NCBI GenBank assembly: GCA_964499705.1
Contig: CAZCME010000003.1
Coordinates: 248,001 to 312,000 of the forward strand
Source of the DNA: an uncultured bacterium
GTDB lineage: Bacteria > UBA8481
Direction: 5' to 3'
Length of the DNA stretch: 64,000 nucleotides
Below are positions 18,382 through 28,004 of this stretch, piece by piece. The position numbers and the translations under genes were made by a program. The notes below the pieces were generated by a model. It searched no databases, was not told the origin of the DNA, and saw nothing but the letters and a program-made list of their open reading frames with translations. The first letter of the stretch is position 1. Each line of letters begins with the position of its first letter.

Positions 18382-19518
18382 TTACAGATCCTCCATCGTG
18401 AGGCTCGATTTTTCTTCCGACTCGCTCCCCTTCGCCTTGCGCATCCTGTTCTTGAGAGGGAGCCATTCCTCATTGAACGTCCGGGCAAGCTGGAAGATTT
18501 CATCGCGAGCAAGATCCTCCCGGATCCTGACCTCGAAGTTGTAATCCGGATTCCGGAGACCTTTCAGCATGACGAACGCCGGATCGGAAACCTGCTGCGC
18601 GAATATCGGAGCATAGCCGAACATGATGAAGAGAATGACGCCGATGATGCACAGGAGAAGCGCAAGCTCGAACTTGGCGCGTTCTCCGTCCGTGATGTGC
18701 GTGGAAAGGACGGCGGACCATCCTCCGGCGAGCGGAATATCCCGTCCGGCGTGAAAGGCGGTCCAGAGCAGGGTGGAGTAGTCAGGGCTCCTGTAGAGCT
18801 CGGCGCCCGAACCATCCTTCAGGACGATGAGATCGGAATTGATGGGATTGGTCCGGATGAATTCCAGCAGTGTCTCCCGCGATCCGTCTCCGGCGAAGGC
18901 CGCGATCATCGCGTTCAACTGGGGAGTCCGCCAGGCGAGGTAATCGTGCTGGTCGCCTGTCCGGGCGAACGGAAAGTAATGGCTGGCCGCCAGGACGACG
19001 ATCAGGGCGACGACGCAGACGGTGGAGAGCATGCCCATGTGCCTGTTCGTCATCGCGGAATCGGTCTGGTGGATGTGCCCGAAGAGCCTGATCGCGCGGA
19101 TGAGCCGGAGGATCCGGGTGACCCGGATTATCTTCGCCGTCTTCATGACCATCAGGATCTCGAGCGCCGTGCCGCCTTCCTCGATGTTCCCGAACCGGGC
19201 GAGAAGCGCGGGACCGGAGACGAGAAGAAGGAGCGGGACGGAGGCGATGAAATCGATCCAGCCCTTCTGGCGCTTCAGGTAGTAGCCCATGCCGGAGCGT
19301 TTTCCGGAGACGAAGAGGCGGCCGAGAAATTCCAGGGTGAAGAGGAGGTCGAAGAGAAAACCCGCGATGATGATGCCGGTCGTCACGTCCTGAGGCACGT
19401 GGTAGATGACAGCGAGATTTTCCGCGATCATCTGGAGAATGACCAGGACGATCGCGACGAAGATGATGTTCTCGATCACCGGATGAAAGTGATCGCTGTT
19501 GTCTCCCGGTTGCGTCAT
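18382..19518 (-). CDS. Voltage-sensor-domain (S1-S4) membrane protein with extracytoplasmic domain and C-terminal HAMP, no pore
   Basis: S2 FTLEFLGR, S3 GWIDF, S4 KTAKIIRVTRILRLIRAIR; TM5, ~95-aa loop, TM6; HAMP-like DPAFVMLKGL...DEIFQLARTFNE; ATG 1 nt after upstream stop. Confidence 0.8.
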   Translation of the reverse strand: MTQPGDNSDHFHPVIENIIFVAIVLVILQMIAENLAVIYHVPQDVTTGIIIAGFLFDLLFTLEFLGRLFVSGKRSGMGYYLKRQKGWIDFIASVPLLLLVSGPALLARFGNIEEGGTALEILMVMKTAKIIRVTRILRLIRAIRLFGHIHQTDSAMTNRHMGMLSTVCVVALIVVLAASHYFPFARTGDQHDYLAWRTPQLNAMIAAFAGDGSRETLLEFIRTNPINSDLIVLKDGSGAELYRSPDYSTLLWTAFHAGRDIPLAGGWSAVLSTHITDGERAKFELALLLCIIGVILFIMFGYAPIFAQQVSDPAFVMLKGLRNPDYNFEVRIREDLARDEIFQLARTFNEEWLPLKNRMRKAKGSESEEKSSLTMEDL

Positions 19519-19519
19519 A

Positions 19520-20458
19520 TCACCATCCCTCATCGCCCGCGATCTGGTACAGCTCGTCGAGCATCCTCGCATCATAACCGAATTCCCGCGCGTCCCGGCG
19601 GTTGATGTTGAACCAGGATTTGTCCGGGCTCTCCGCGCCCCTGTCCGGTTTCACGTCCGGATCATACGCCTCGCATCGATTCACCATGATATTGATGAGC
19701 TTGGAGGCGCCCGCGATGTCGGGCTGCGCGGAGGCGTCAAGGCAGCTTTCGAGTCCCGGGAGGTAGATGCATTCCGGGACCTGGCCCACCCTCTCCCGGA
19801 TATAGTCTTTCATCGCATGGACTGCGGTGTCGTAAAGTTTTCGATCCAGGCGGGCTTCATGGAGACTAACGAGATCGGGCAGATCTTTCTTATAAGGGAT
19901 CCTGTGATAATAGAGTGGGCGGAAGAGGGAGGCTGCATTCATGAATTCAGGGATCAAGTTCGCGTCCAGGTCCAGCCGTTCTCTCCGGACGATCTCGTTG
20001 TAGATGGTCTTTCTCTGGACGATAGCCGGAGGCATGTAGCGCCGGAATAAGTCGAGCGTGATCGTCTCTATGACGATGTGGTATTGATCCCGAAGAATCC
20101 TGGTCCGCATGAGTCCTGTCAGGAATTCGCCGAAGCATCGCGCGTCCACGCCGGCCTTGGAATCGAAGTGCGCGATCACCCCGGACTGGAGCAGACCCTG
20201 ACCGATCCTGTCGATCTGCGGAGCCAGCGAATCCAGGACTTTCTCGACGAGAAGGGAAAGCAGGAGCGCGACCGAATCGTTCCAGCTTTCTCCCGGGAAA
20301 TAATCCGGAGAAGAGAAAACCTTCTGCAGTGACGCCTGGTTCTCCCTGATGAAATTCAGGATCTCGCGTTCTTTTTTTCTGACCGGCTTCCGGCTGATGG
20401 CAGGATTGTTCCAGAGCTTATCGAGGAACAACGACATCTTCTGTTGACGATCGTTCAT
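19520..20458 (-). CDS. Cytoplasmic hypothetical protein (312 aa)
   Basis: Clean ORF, no signal peptide or TM; distinctive C-terminus RGAESPDKSWFNINRR...ELYQIAGDEGW; directly upstream of the VSD-HAMP gene. Confidence 0.8.
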   Translation of the reverse strand: MNDRQQKMSLFLDKLWNNPAISRKPVRKKEREILNFIRENQASLQKVFSSPDYFPGESWNDSVALLLSLLVEKVLDSLAPQIDRIGQGLLQSGVIAHFDSKAGVDARCFGEFLTGLMRTRILRDQYHIVIETITLDLFRRYMPPAIVQRKTIYNEIVRRERLDLDANLIPEFMNAASLFRPLYYHRIPYKKDLPDLVSLHEARLDRKLYDTAVHAMKDYIRERVGQVPECIYLPGLESCLDASAQPDIAGASKLINIMVNRCEAYDPDVKPDRGAESPDKSWFNINRRDAREFGYDARMLDELYQIAGDEGW

Positions 20459-20507
20459 GTCCGCGCGGGAAGTATATTTCGGAACGGGTCTTGAGGGAAC
20501 GGAGACT

Positions 20508-23500
20508 CTAAGGGCCCAGCATCACAAAGGGCGCCCACTGCACCGGAGCCGCCATGCGGTGGCGATCGCGGAGCGTGATGGCGGCGAACCGCAGCGCCGC
20601 CGCCGGTGTTGCTCCCTCGCGCCGCATCCTCCGGTAGAAGTCGACCATGAGGCGCGCTGCGGCTTCGTCACCGACCGGCCAGAGCGAGACGACGACGGCG
20701 TCGGCGCCGGCGAGGAGAAACGCGCGAGAGAGGGACGAAACGCCGGTCGGAGGTTTTTCGAGGCCGCTCCGTCCGGAGTTGCAGGCTGAAAGAACCACGA
20801 GTTGAGCTTCAATCCGCCGCCTCGCCACTTCCGAGAGAGTCAGGAATCCATCCATGGGCGGCGTGTTGCCGGTGAGGGAAAGAACCAGCGCCGGTTCGCG
20901 ACCCGGGCCTTCTTCGAGCGCGCCGTGGCAGGCGAAGTGGAGAAATCCGAATTGCGACCAGGATTCGGCATCTAGTCGGCCCTCCGCGGCGTTCAGCCCC
21001 GTGAGGATGAGCCGCGAATCCGCGGGGAAGTAGGCGGAGAGGGCTCGCACTTCCGCGCCGGAAGCCGGAAGAGGTCCCCACCCGCCTCGCTCCGGGCCGT
21101 ATTTTCGCATCGCCCGGTATGTGTTGGAATCGGGACGGCCCTCGTACGCCGGATTTCCAAGAGCCAGCAGGCGGTTCTGGTTCGACACATTTTTATTCCC
21201 CTTTCCGCTTTCTCGGCGGATGAGAGCGAAGACCGCCAGGGATGGAGCCATCACGATTTCATGCTCGTCGATCCTCCATCGCCCTTCGGCCGTACGAAGC
21301 GCGCCGAACGCGATTCCCTCGAGCGCGGCGCCGGGCACGATGATGAGACGCCGACCGCGCACGAGTCCATCGAGCGGAGCCAGGAGTCGTCGATCGAGCC
21401 CGACGAGCCCGGAATTTCCGTCTACGCCCTGCCGCGGGATGGAAGTGAGCTCGACGCGCGCGGCCCTGATCGCGCTATCGAGCGAGCGGCGATCTCCGAG
21501 ATCCACGAGCACGCACGAATCGGATGTGACCGCGACGGCGAAGGGACCCTCGGGGGAGAGAATATAGGAAAGTGCGGCCTCGCTCTCGGTAAGAGCATTC
21601 TGAAGCACGCTCAGGGAGACCGGTCTCGGATATTTCAGTCCCGCATAACGCGGCGCTTCGCGGTGGAGACGCGCCACGAACTCCTCGAAAATCTCCCCGG
21701 CCTCGATGCGTTCCCGATCCGCCTCCGGTTCTCCCGCGCGCGCATCAAGGAGACGCAATCGTTCGAGCAGCGCGCGTTCCTCGTTTTCCAATTCCTTGGG
21801 CGGCGAACCGATTTCCTCCACGCGCGCCTCGGCCAGCATCTCGAGAAACGACCACGCCGATGCGATCTCCGCGGCGCGCAACGCGCCCGCCGTGTCCGCG
21901 GAGCCGCCGAGAGAATCCAGATCGCGGCGAAGCGCCAAGGCCCACGCCGGGAGATCCTTCAGGCGCTTCTCATGAAGAAGCCGCGACTCTTTGGAGACCA
22001 CCGCCCGGAGACGGGCGAGAAGTTCAAGAGCGGTGTCCATCGTCAGGATCGCGCGGGCGAGAGCGACCCTGCGGTCGATGCGCGAATCCGTCGCTTCCGC
22101 CCAGGAGAGGATGTAGAGATACCAGACGGAGGAAGGAGTCGGCCGCAGCGTCGCGACGCGGCCGTCCCAGGTTTCGGGCAGAAGGCGCGATGCCTCGACG
22201 GCGGCCCGCACTTCGTCGAGCCATGCGGGCGTGTCGCCCCGCAGGCGATAAACTTCGCTCAGGTTGTGATGAATCGAAGCGACATCGGGATGACGGTCGC
22301 CGAGCGAGGCGCGGCGGATCGCGAGCGATCGGCGGAAACCCTCCTCGGCCTCGTTCAGGTTGTTCGACGCAAGCGCGAGCATCGCGATGTTGTTCCAGGA
22401 TGTGGAGACATGGGGATGGGTCTCGCCATAGGCGCGGCGGCGAAGATCGAGCGTGTGCCGGTAGTATTCGCCGGCCCGGACCGTATCGCCGCGATCGTGG
22501 AGAACGGTGGCGATATTGTTGTACACGGTCGCGACTTCGGAGTGGGTGTCGCCGAAAACGCGGCGAAGAATCGCGAGGCCCGATTCATAGTTCGCCAGCG
22601 CCGTGTCGAATTCCTTCAGGTAATGCGCGATGAAGGCGTTCGTGTTGAGGGAATAGGCGATGTCGGGATGATCCGGGGGCAGGACGATCCGCCTGATCTC
22701 GAGCGCCGCCTGCGCCTGTTCGCGCGCCTCGATGTAATCGCCCGCGTCGGCATCGAGGAGCGCGATCGCGTCGAGGACATCGGCCACATTCGTATTGAGA
22801 AGACCGTAATGTTCCCGAAAGAATAAGAGCGCCCGCATGTAATGATCCCGCGCCCGCGTGAATTCTCCGCGCGCCCGCCGCAGGTGCCCGAGATTATTCT
22901 GGAGCGCCGCCATATCGAGCCGGGTATCGCCGGGGAGGCGCTCGATGATATCGAGCGCCTTCAGGAGATATTCCAGGGATGCGTCGTAATGCCCGAGATC
23001 CTCCTGAACGGCCGCGATGTTATTGCAGGCGGTGAACATGGCGATGCCGGTCTCGTCTCCCAGGGCGAGGCTGATCGCCCGGCCTCGCATGTAATGATCG
23101 AGCGCGCCGGCGAGATCTCCCAGGGCTCGCGCGACGAGCCCGAGCGAATGATACGATTTTGCGACGTAGGCGTGCGTGTCGCCGAGCAGGGCCCGGCGCA
23201 GGGCAAGCGTGCGAAGAAAATATTCGCGCGCGAGAACGGGACGTGCGCGGGCGAGATGGACGCGGCCGATGCGGTCATAGGCGAACGCGTTGTCCACGTG
23301 CGTGTCTCCGTGGATTTCGCGATAGATTTCGAGCGCCTGGTTGTAGTCGTCGATCGCTCCGTCCGCATCGAAGAAGTAGTCGATCCTGCCGTCGCCGAGA
23401 ATCATGTAGGCGAGCGCCAGGCCCGGAGTGGCGCCACCGGAGATTCGCTGGCTGTCGTAGTCCGCCTCCATGGCTTCGAGCGCGGCGGTATTTTCTTCGG

Positions 23501-23864
23501 CGGTGAATGAGGGTGTCGCGGATTCAGTCCGCTGGCCGGCCCAGATCCCCGTCTCTGTCATTCCAGCAACCCGCCACCATCCGGTGAAGGACTGCGAGTC
23601 GCCTGAAAGGATGAAAGCACCCGATCCCGCGCTAACGGGATCCCGATACTCGAAATCCAGGCGTGCGGCATCCCGTCGACCCCTTAGTATGCCGCCATCG
23701 GCATAACTTCCGATGATGCCCGTGTCGTCTTCCGTCATGACAAGAGTGCCGTATGTCGTGCGCCAGAATCCCGCGAATCCGCCGGCGGCGGATGCTGAAC
23801 CGGAAGCGCTCGCCGCGTGCGGCAGTGCGAAAAGCAAAGTCATGGCAAGGAGTTGTTTCAACAC
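20508..23864 (-). CDS. Exported TPR-repeat CHAT (caspase/separase-like) protease
   Basis: Signal-like LKQLLAMTLLFALPHAASA; small beta domain; about nine 42-aa TPRs (HP/HS-x-VA-x-YNNIA); CHAT dyad HFACHG and VLSACNSG; SLWPV and WAPF. Start uncertain (GTG 23864 chosen; TTG 23942 possible). Confidence 0.9.
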   Translation of the reverse strand: MLKQLLAMTLLFALPHAASASGSASAAGGFAGFWRTTYGTLVMTEDDTGIIGSYADGGILRGRRDAARLDFEYRDPVSAGSGAFILSGDSQSFTGWWRVAGMTETGIWAGQRTESATPSFTAEENTAALEAMEADYDSQRISGGATPGLALAYMILGDGRIDYFFDADGAIDDYNQALEIYREIHGDTHVDNAFAYDRIGRVHLARARPVLAREYFLRTLALRRALLGDTHAYVAKSYHSLGLVARALGDLAGALDHYMRGRAISLALGDETGIAMFTACNNIAAVQEDLGHYDASLEYLLKALDIIERLPGDTRLDMAALQNNLGHLRRARGEFTRARDHYMRALLFFREHYGLLNTNVADVLDAIALLDADAGDYIEAREQAQAALEIRRIVLPPDHPDIAYSLNTNAFIAHYLKEFDTALANYESGLAILRRVFGDTHSEVATVYNNIATVLHDRGDTVRAGEYYRHTLDLRRRAYGETHPHVSTSWNNIAMLALASNNLNEAEEGFRRSLAIRRASLGDRHPDVASIHHNLSEVYRLRGDTPAWLDEVRAAVEASRLLPETWDGRVATLRPTPSSVWYLYILSWAEATDSRIDRRVALARAILTMDTALELLARLRAVVSKESRLLHEKRLKDLPAWALALRRDLDSLGGSADTAGALRAAEIASAWSFLEMLAEARVEEIGSPPKELENEERALLERLRLLDARAGEPEADRERIEAGEIFEEFVARLHREAPRYAGLKYPRPVSLSVLQNALTESEAALSYILSPEGPFAVAVTSDSCVLVDLGDRRSLDSAIRAARVELTSIPRQGVDGNSGLVGLDRRLLAPLDGLVRGRRLIIVPGAALEGIAFGALRTAEGRWRIDEHEIVMAPSLAVFALIRRESGKGNKNVSNQNRLLALGNPAYEGRPDSNTYRAMRKYGPERGGWGPLPASGAEVRALSAYFPADSRLILTGLNAAEGRLDAESWSQFGFLHFACHGALEEGPGREPALVLSLTGNTPPMDGFLTLSEVARRRIEAQLVVLSACNSGRSGLEKPPTGVSSLSRAFLLAGADAVVVSLWPVGDEAAARLMVDFYRRMRREGATPAAALRFAAITLRDRHRMAAPVQWAPFVMLGP

Positions 23865-23959
23865 GATCCCAAAGCGTACGGAGGAGGCGAGTGTGATGCA
23901 AGTTCCGTCTGTCGCAGTTGGGGGTTGCTCCTTGCGGCGCAAACCTCGATAATTATGGT

Positions 23960-24790
23960 ATGCGCCTTCGAATCGTTATTCTCGTAGTCTTCTTGCTGGC
24001 CGGTTGGGCCGAAGAGATCCGGGCAGCGGGCTCGCCCGTGGCTCAGGTCTACCTCGCGTCCGGGAAAGCCTGGGTGCGCAGCGAGGGGGCCTCCGCGGAT
24101 CGGCCTCTTGCGCGCGGCGCCGTTTTATCGGCGGGTGACCGCATCGTGCTGGAAGCCGGAGCGGAAGTCGGCATCTACTACCGTGAGGGTGGAAGAAAAG
24201 TTCTTCGTGGCGGCGCGGATGGGATCTCCGGAAGCGTCGCCGCCCTCGCGCCCGCGATCGAGCCGTATCGGGGCCAGTCGGTCAGTTTCGGCGCCACGCG
24301 GGGAAGCGCCGGAGTGGAAGCCGATACATTCCGGTGCTCGCCCGATGAAGTTCCCGTATTCGCGGCCATGCCGGCTTTCGCATTTTCGATGGGAGCAGGC
24401 GCCGGAGAGACGCCGGTCATCGCGTCGGCGACGATCCGCGTACTGCGCGGGGAGTCGACGATTGCGACCGCTTCCGTCGAGTTTCCTTCGCCCGGCCGGC
24501 CGCTTCGACTGGAGATTCCGGATGCGCCCGCCGGCGAGGAATACACGCTCCGGTTTATTCTCGTGCCCGTCGCATCCGATGGAGTTCTCTTCACGCACTC
24601 GGCGCGGTTCTACGTCGCCGCTCCGGGCGCCTCGATCGAAGACCTCGTGACGCCCTACTACTTTTGCCAGGGCGGGCTTGACGTTTCCTTCGGTCCGTCC
24701 GTTCGGACGGTCCGATTCGAGCGAGAATGGGGAGATGCAACGGGCGCATCCGTTCTCTCCACGGTGGTCACGCCGCTCTTCACGCCTTGA
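23960..24790 (+). CDS. Exported protein with FecR-like N-terminal beta domain, GATRG linker and Ig-like C-terminal domain
   Basis: Signal MRLRIVILVVFLLAGWAEEIRA; 'PLARGAVLSAGDRIVLEAGAEVGIYYREG' is FecR-like; SFGATRGS linker. Confidence 0.65.
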   Translation: MRLRIVILVVFLLAGWAEEIRAAGSPVAQVYLASGKAWVRSEGASADRPLARGAVLSAGDRIVLEAGAEVGIYYREGGRKVLRGGADGISGSVAALAPAIEPYRGQSVSFGATRGSAGVEADTFRCSPDEVPVFAAMPAFAFSMGAGAGETPVIASATIRVLRGESTIATASVEFPSPGRPLRLEIPDAPAGEEYTLRFILVPVASDGVLFTHSARFYVAAPGASIEDLVTPYYFCQGGLDVSFGPSVRTVRFEREWGDATGASVLSTVVTPLFTP

Positions 24791-24827
24791 TGAACTTCAG
24801 CGAATACGTCCATGACGGGGCACGGAC

Positions 24828-26690
24828 ATGAGCACGATGCCGCCGGGAAGAAAACGGGAACTCCTCTTGAAGGTCCTGCTGCCTCCTCTCATTGCCGCGA
24901 CCGTGGCTCTCATTCTGTTCAAGACGAATTACCTCGCCACGTACGAAAACCGTCTCTACGACCTCCACTATCTCCTCCGCGGCAACATTCCCAGCACGCA
25001 GAACGACGTGGTGATCGTCGCGATCGACGATGCGAGCCTGCAGCGTGAAGGAGCATGGCCATGGCCGCGCGAGCGCTTCGCGCGGCTGATTTCGCGCATC
25101 AAGGAAGGACGCCCGCGCGCCTTCGGTCTCGATATCCTTGTCGATCTTCCCGAAAACATTTCGGGTTCGCGCGAGGGGCGCGCTTCGCGAGCCGGAGTCC
25201 GGGACGGGCGAGGGGACAGCGCGCTGGCCCTGGCGTTGACGGCCTCTTCTCCGACCGCGATCCTGCCGATGGTCCTGGGACGGATCGGTCCGGAAGGCGA
25301 GCGGCCCGTTCTGATCGCGCCGCTGCCGGGTTTTGTTTCGGATCATTCGAGACCCGCAGTTGTCAACATCGATCCCGACGCCACGGACGCCCGTGTCAGG
25401 AGATTCCGGCCGCATCCCGGAGACGGATACGTGTCGTTTCCGGTGGCGCTCATTCTTGCGGCGGACGGCCTCGACCTCTCGGCCGTGACTGTGGGAGACG
25501 ATGACATCCGCGTGGGAAAACGAACGATCCCGCTCGTTGACGGCGAAGCGATGATCAATTACTCCGGCAGCCGCGTCGATGCCATCTCCGCCGCTGACGT
25601 CATGGAGGATTTTCTCGATCCGGCGCTCTTCTTTGAAGATCGGATCGTGCTCGTGGGCCGGACCGACCAAGCCTGCAAGGACTTCATGAATACGCCTGTG
25701 CCCGGTCCAAAGCTGCTGGAGACCGAGAATCTCGCGGGCGTGGAGATCTGGAAGGAAGCGCTCGATACGATTCTCCAGGACCGCGCGCTTCAATCGCCCT
25801 CGCTGCCGCCGATCCTGCTCGGGATCCTTCTTGCCGCGATCGTTCTCTCGTCGCTCATGCTGGCCGCTCCGGGTTTAAGCAGCATCTTCCTCATCCTGTT
25901 TCTCGGCGCCTGGCTCGTCATAACCCATGTCGCCTTCCGCTTCGGAAACACGCGCATACCGGTCATGCCCGGAGTCATGACGTTCTACTTCACGTCGATT
26001 CTCTCGTTCATCCGGCTTTTTCTCGTCCAGTCCCGGCTTAAAAAACTCCTGACGACCGCGTTCGAGAGCTATGTCTCGCCGCACGTATTGTCCCGGATCC
26101 TCGACCACAGGATCGAGCTGGCCGTGGGCGGCGAACGGAAGAGCCTGACCATTCTCTTCGCCGACATCCAGGGTTTTACCGCCTATTCCGAGGAGCAGCC
26201 CGCGGAGGATGTCGTCGCGTACCTGAGACAATATTTCGCCGAGATGAACCGCGTGATTCTCGACCACGAGGGGATCATCGACAAGTTGATGGGAGATGGA
26301 ATTCTCGCCTTCTTCGGCGATATGGACGAGCCCGGCAATCATGCGCTGCAGGCTGTCAGCGCCGCGCTGGAGATGCAGCAGCGGATGAAGGAGCTGGTGG
26401 CCCAGGGAGGGCCGGACCTGAAGATACGCGTCGGGATCAACACCGGACCCGTCGTCGTGGGAAACGTCGGTTCGGAGCGGCACTTCGAGTACACGGTCAT
26501 CGGGCGGACCGTCAATTTCGCGCAGAGGCTGGAAGGCGCGTGCGATCCTGGCGGCATCTACGTGGCGGAATCGACGTGGGAGATGATCCGCGATTCCGTG
26601 GAAGCGTCGGAACCGATACCGCTGTCGCTGAAGGGAATCACCGCCGGCGTCACGGCGCGGTTGATCCGGGGATTAAAGCCTTCCGCCTGA
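24828..26690 (+). CDS. CHASE2-domain class III adenylate cyclase
   Basis: IVAIDDASL...WPWPR (CHASE2), three TMs, LFADIQGFT, DKLMGDG, RVGINTG, YTVIGRTVNFAQRLE (K/T specificity residues indicate ATP). Confidence 0.92.
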   Translation: MSTMPPGRKRELLLKVLLPPLIAATVALILFKTNYLATYENRLYDLHYLLRGNIPSTQNDVVIVAIDDASLQREGAWPWPRERFARLISRIKEGRPRAFGLDILVDLPENISGSREGRASRAGVRDGRGDSALALALTASSPTAILPMVLGRIGPEGERPVLIAPLPGFVSDHSRPAVVNIDPDATDARVRRFRPHPGDGYVSFPVALILAADGLDLSAVTVGDDDIRVGKRTIPLVDGEAMINYSGSRVDAISAADVMEDFLDPALFFEDRIVLVGRTDQACKDFMNTPVPGPKLLETENLAGVEIWKEALDTILQDRALQSPSLPPILLGILLAAIVLSSLMLAAPGLSSIFLILFLGAWLVITHVAFRFGNTRIPVMPGVMTFYFTSILSFIRLFLVQSRLKKLLTTAFESYVSPHVLSRILDHRIELAVGGERKSLTILFADIQGFTAYSEEQPAEDVVAYLRQYFAEMNRVILDHEGIIDKLMGDGILAFFGDMDEPGNHALQAVSAALEMQQRMKELVAQGGPDLKIRVGINTGPVVVGNVGSERHFEYTVIGRTVNFAQRLEGACDPGGIYVAESTWEMIRDSVEASEPIPLSLKGITAGVTARLIRGLKPSA

Positions 26691-27239
26691 AGACGCGGAC
26701 TCGCGCGTCGGGACCATGTTGTCGCGGCTGTGATCGTTCAGCGGCAGATTCAGGAACGCGGCGATTTCCCGACCGTGCCGGATCGAGTATTCGGGAGACG
26801 TCGATTCGAAGAGGTGCTCGGATGCCGCCGGTCCGATGAGGGTCAGGGGATAGACGGTCCACGTGCTCATCCTCGTTCGCCCCGCGAAACGATGGACGCG
26901 ATTTTCCGGCTTGATCGAGAGCTCCTTGAAATCTTTCAGCGAGAAATATTTTTTCCGCATCGGAAATAATATACCCCACGAGCGGGTGAGCTTTCCCTCC
27001 GCGCGGTCGAAGAGAAATTCCGCGCGCCACCCGACGATGGATGCGCCGAGAAGAAGAAAGGGGCCGCCCATGACGAATCCGACCAGGATTCCCAGGAAGT
27101 CGAGCGCGCGCAGCGCGAACGAACAGAACGCGAACGCGACCAAGCCGAAGAGAAGAAACGGCAGCCCGAGCAATCCATAGATTCCCGTGCCTCGTCGGTA
27201 GCGGAGCTGATGCTGGTTTCCCGATTCGATCCTGATCAT
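26673..27239 (-). CDS. Two-TM membrane protein with PH-like C-terminal domain
   Basis: AAGGA RBS; two TMs followed by 'FDRAEGKLTRSWGIL' beta domain. Confidence 0.7.
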   Translation of the reverse strand: MIRIESGNQHQLRYRRGTGIYGLLGLPFLLFGLVAFAFCSFALRALDFLGILVGFVMGGPFLLLGASIVGWRAEFLFDRAEGKLTRSWGILFPMRKKYFSLKDFKELSIKPENRVHRFAGRTRMSTWTVYPLTLIGPAASEHLFESTSPEYSIRHGREIAAFLNLPLNDHSRDNMVPTRESASSGGRL

Positions 27240-27287
27240 GTCCTTATCCGACGATGCGGCGAGTATGGGGAGTCGACGCGGACCGCG

Positions 27288-27947
27288 CTATGGCCTGGGT
27301 GCGCAGCAACTGGGCTTCGCGTTGCCGCTCGACGTGCGCGCGGCGCCTGGATCGGGCACCGGACACTCCGCCTGCTCCGCGCAGACCTGGCGCTCGATCT
27401 CCCGCGTCAACGCGCTCACGTCCGCGTTTTCCGCTTCGGCGCACAAGCGGGCGAATTCCAGGTCCATCGATCCTTCTTCGTCCGCGGCGGTCGCGGCGGC
27501 CTGCCATTGTCCGCTTGTGTCCCTCCGCAGGAGCCCCATGTCGCGGTAGCGGCGGAGTTCCGCGTCGCGATGGATGCGTCGATCGAGAATGCGGATCACG
27601 GTATCGGTCGCTTCGATCCCCGCGTTCTTCGCGGTCTGTCGGATGGCAACGAGCATGGTCTCGGAAGGGGCCTCGTTCGCGTTCTCTTCTCCGCGCCAGC
27701 GATCGAGGAGCGGGACATTGGAGCTTGACGCGAGGAGCCATTGCCCGTCCTGGGTATCCTTGTTGATGATGGCGAGCGCCTGGGAGACGCGCGTGTCGGC
27801 CGTCATCCGGATATTGACCGCGATCCGGCCCTGGCGCCCGCGGCCGAACGTATTTCCCGGCGATGTGTTGCTCCCGCGCGCGGCATCGGTCGAGACCGCG
27901 GCGAGCAGGATTCCGAGCAGGCCCATGAGCACAACGTGAAATTTCAT
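27288..27947 (-). CDS. Exported YdbL/DUF1318-like protein
   Basis: Signal MKFHVVLMGLLGILLAAVS; 'RDAELRRYRDMGLLRRDTSG...AEAENAD...REI' resembles DUF1318; adjacent to a YdbH-like gene. Confidence 0.6.
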   Translation of the reverse strand: MKFHVVLMGLLGILLAAVSTDAARGSNTSPGNTFGRGRQGRIAVNIRMTADTRVSQALAIINKDTQDGQWLLASSSNVPLLDRWRGEENANEAPSETMLVAIRQTAKNAGIEATDTVIRILDRRIHRDAELRRYRDMGLLRRDTSGQWQAAATAADEEGSMDLEFARLCAEAENADVSALTREIERQVCAEQAECPVPDPGAARTSSGNAKPSCCAPRP

Positions 27948-28004
27948 CGTGTTCTCTCCCAAGTAAATTTCCCGCCGGGCACGCGTGCGCCGTAGCGAGC
28001 TTCC

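Noticed and set aside
20508-23864. TPR-CHAT as part of a Craspase / type III-E CRISPR or gasdermin defence system
   Set aside because: No cas genes, array, gasdermin or other toxin effector nearby; the signal peptide and CHASE2 neighbour point to envelope signalling.
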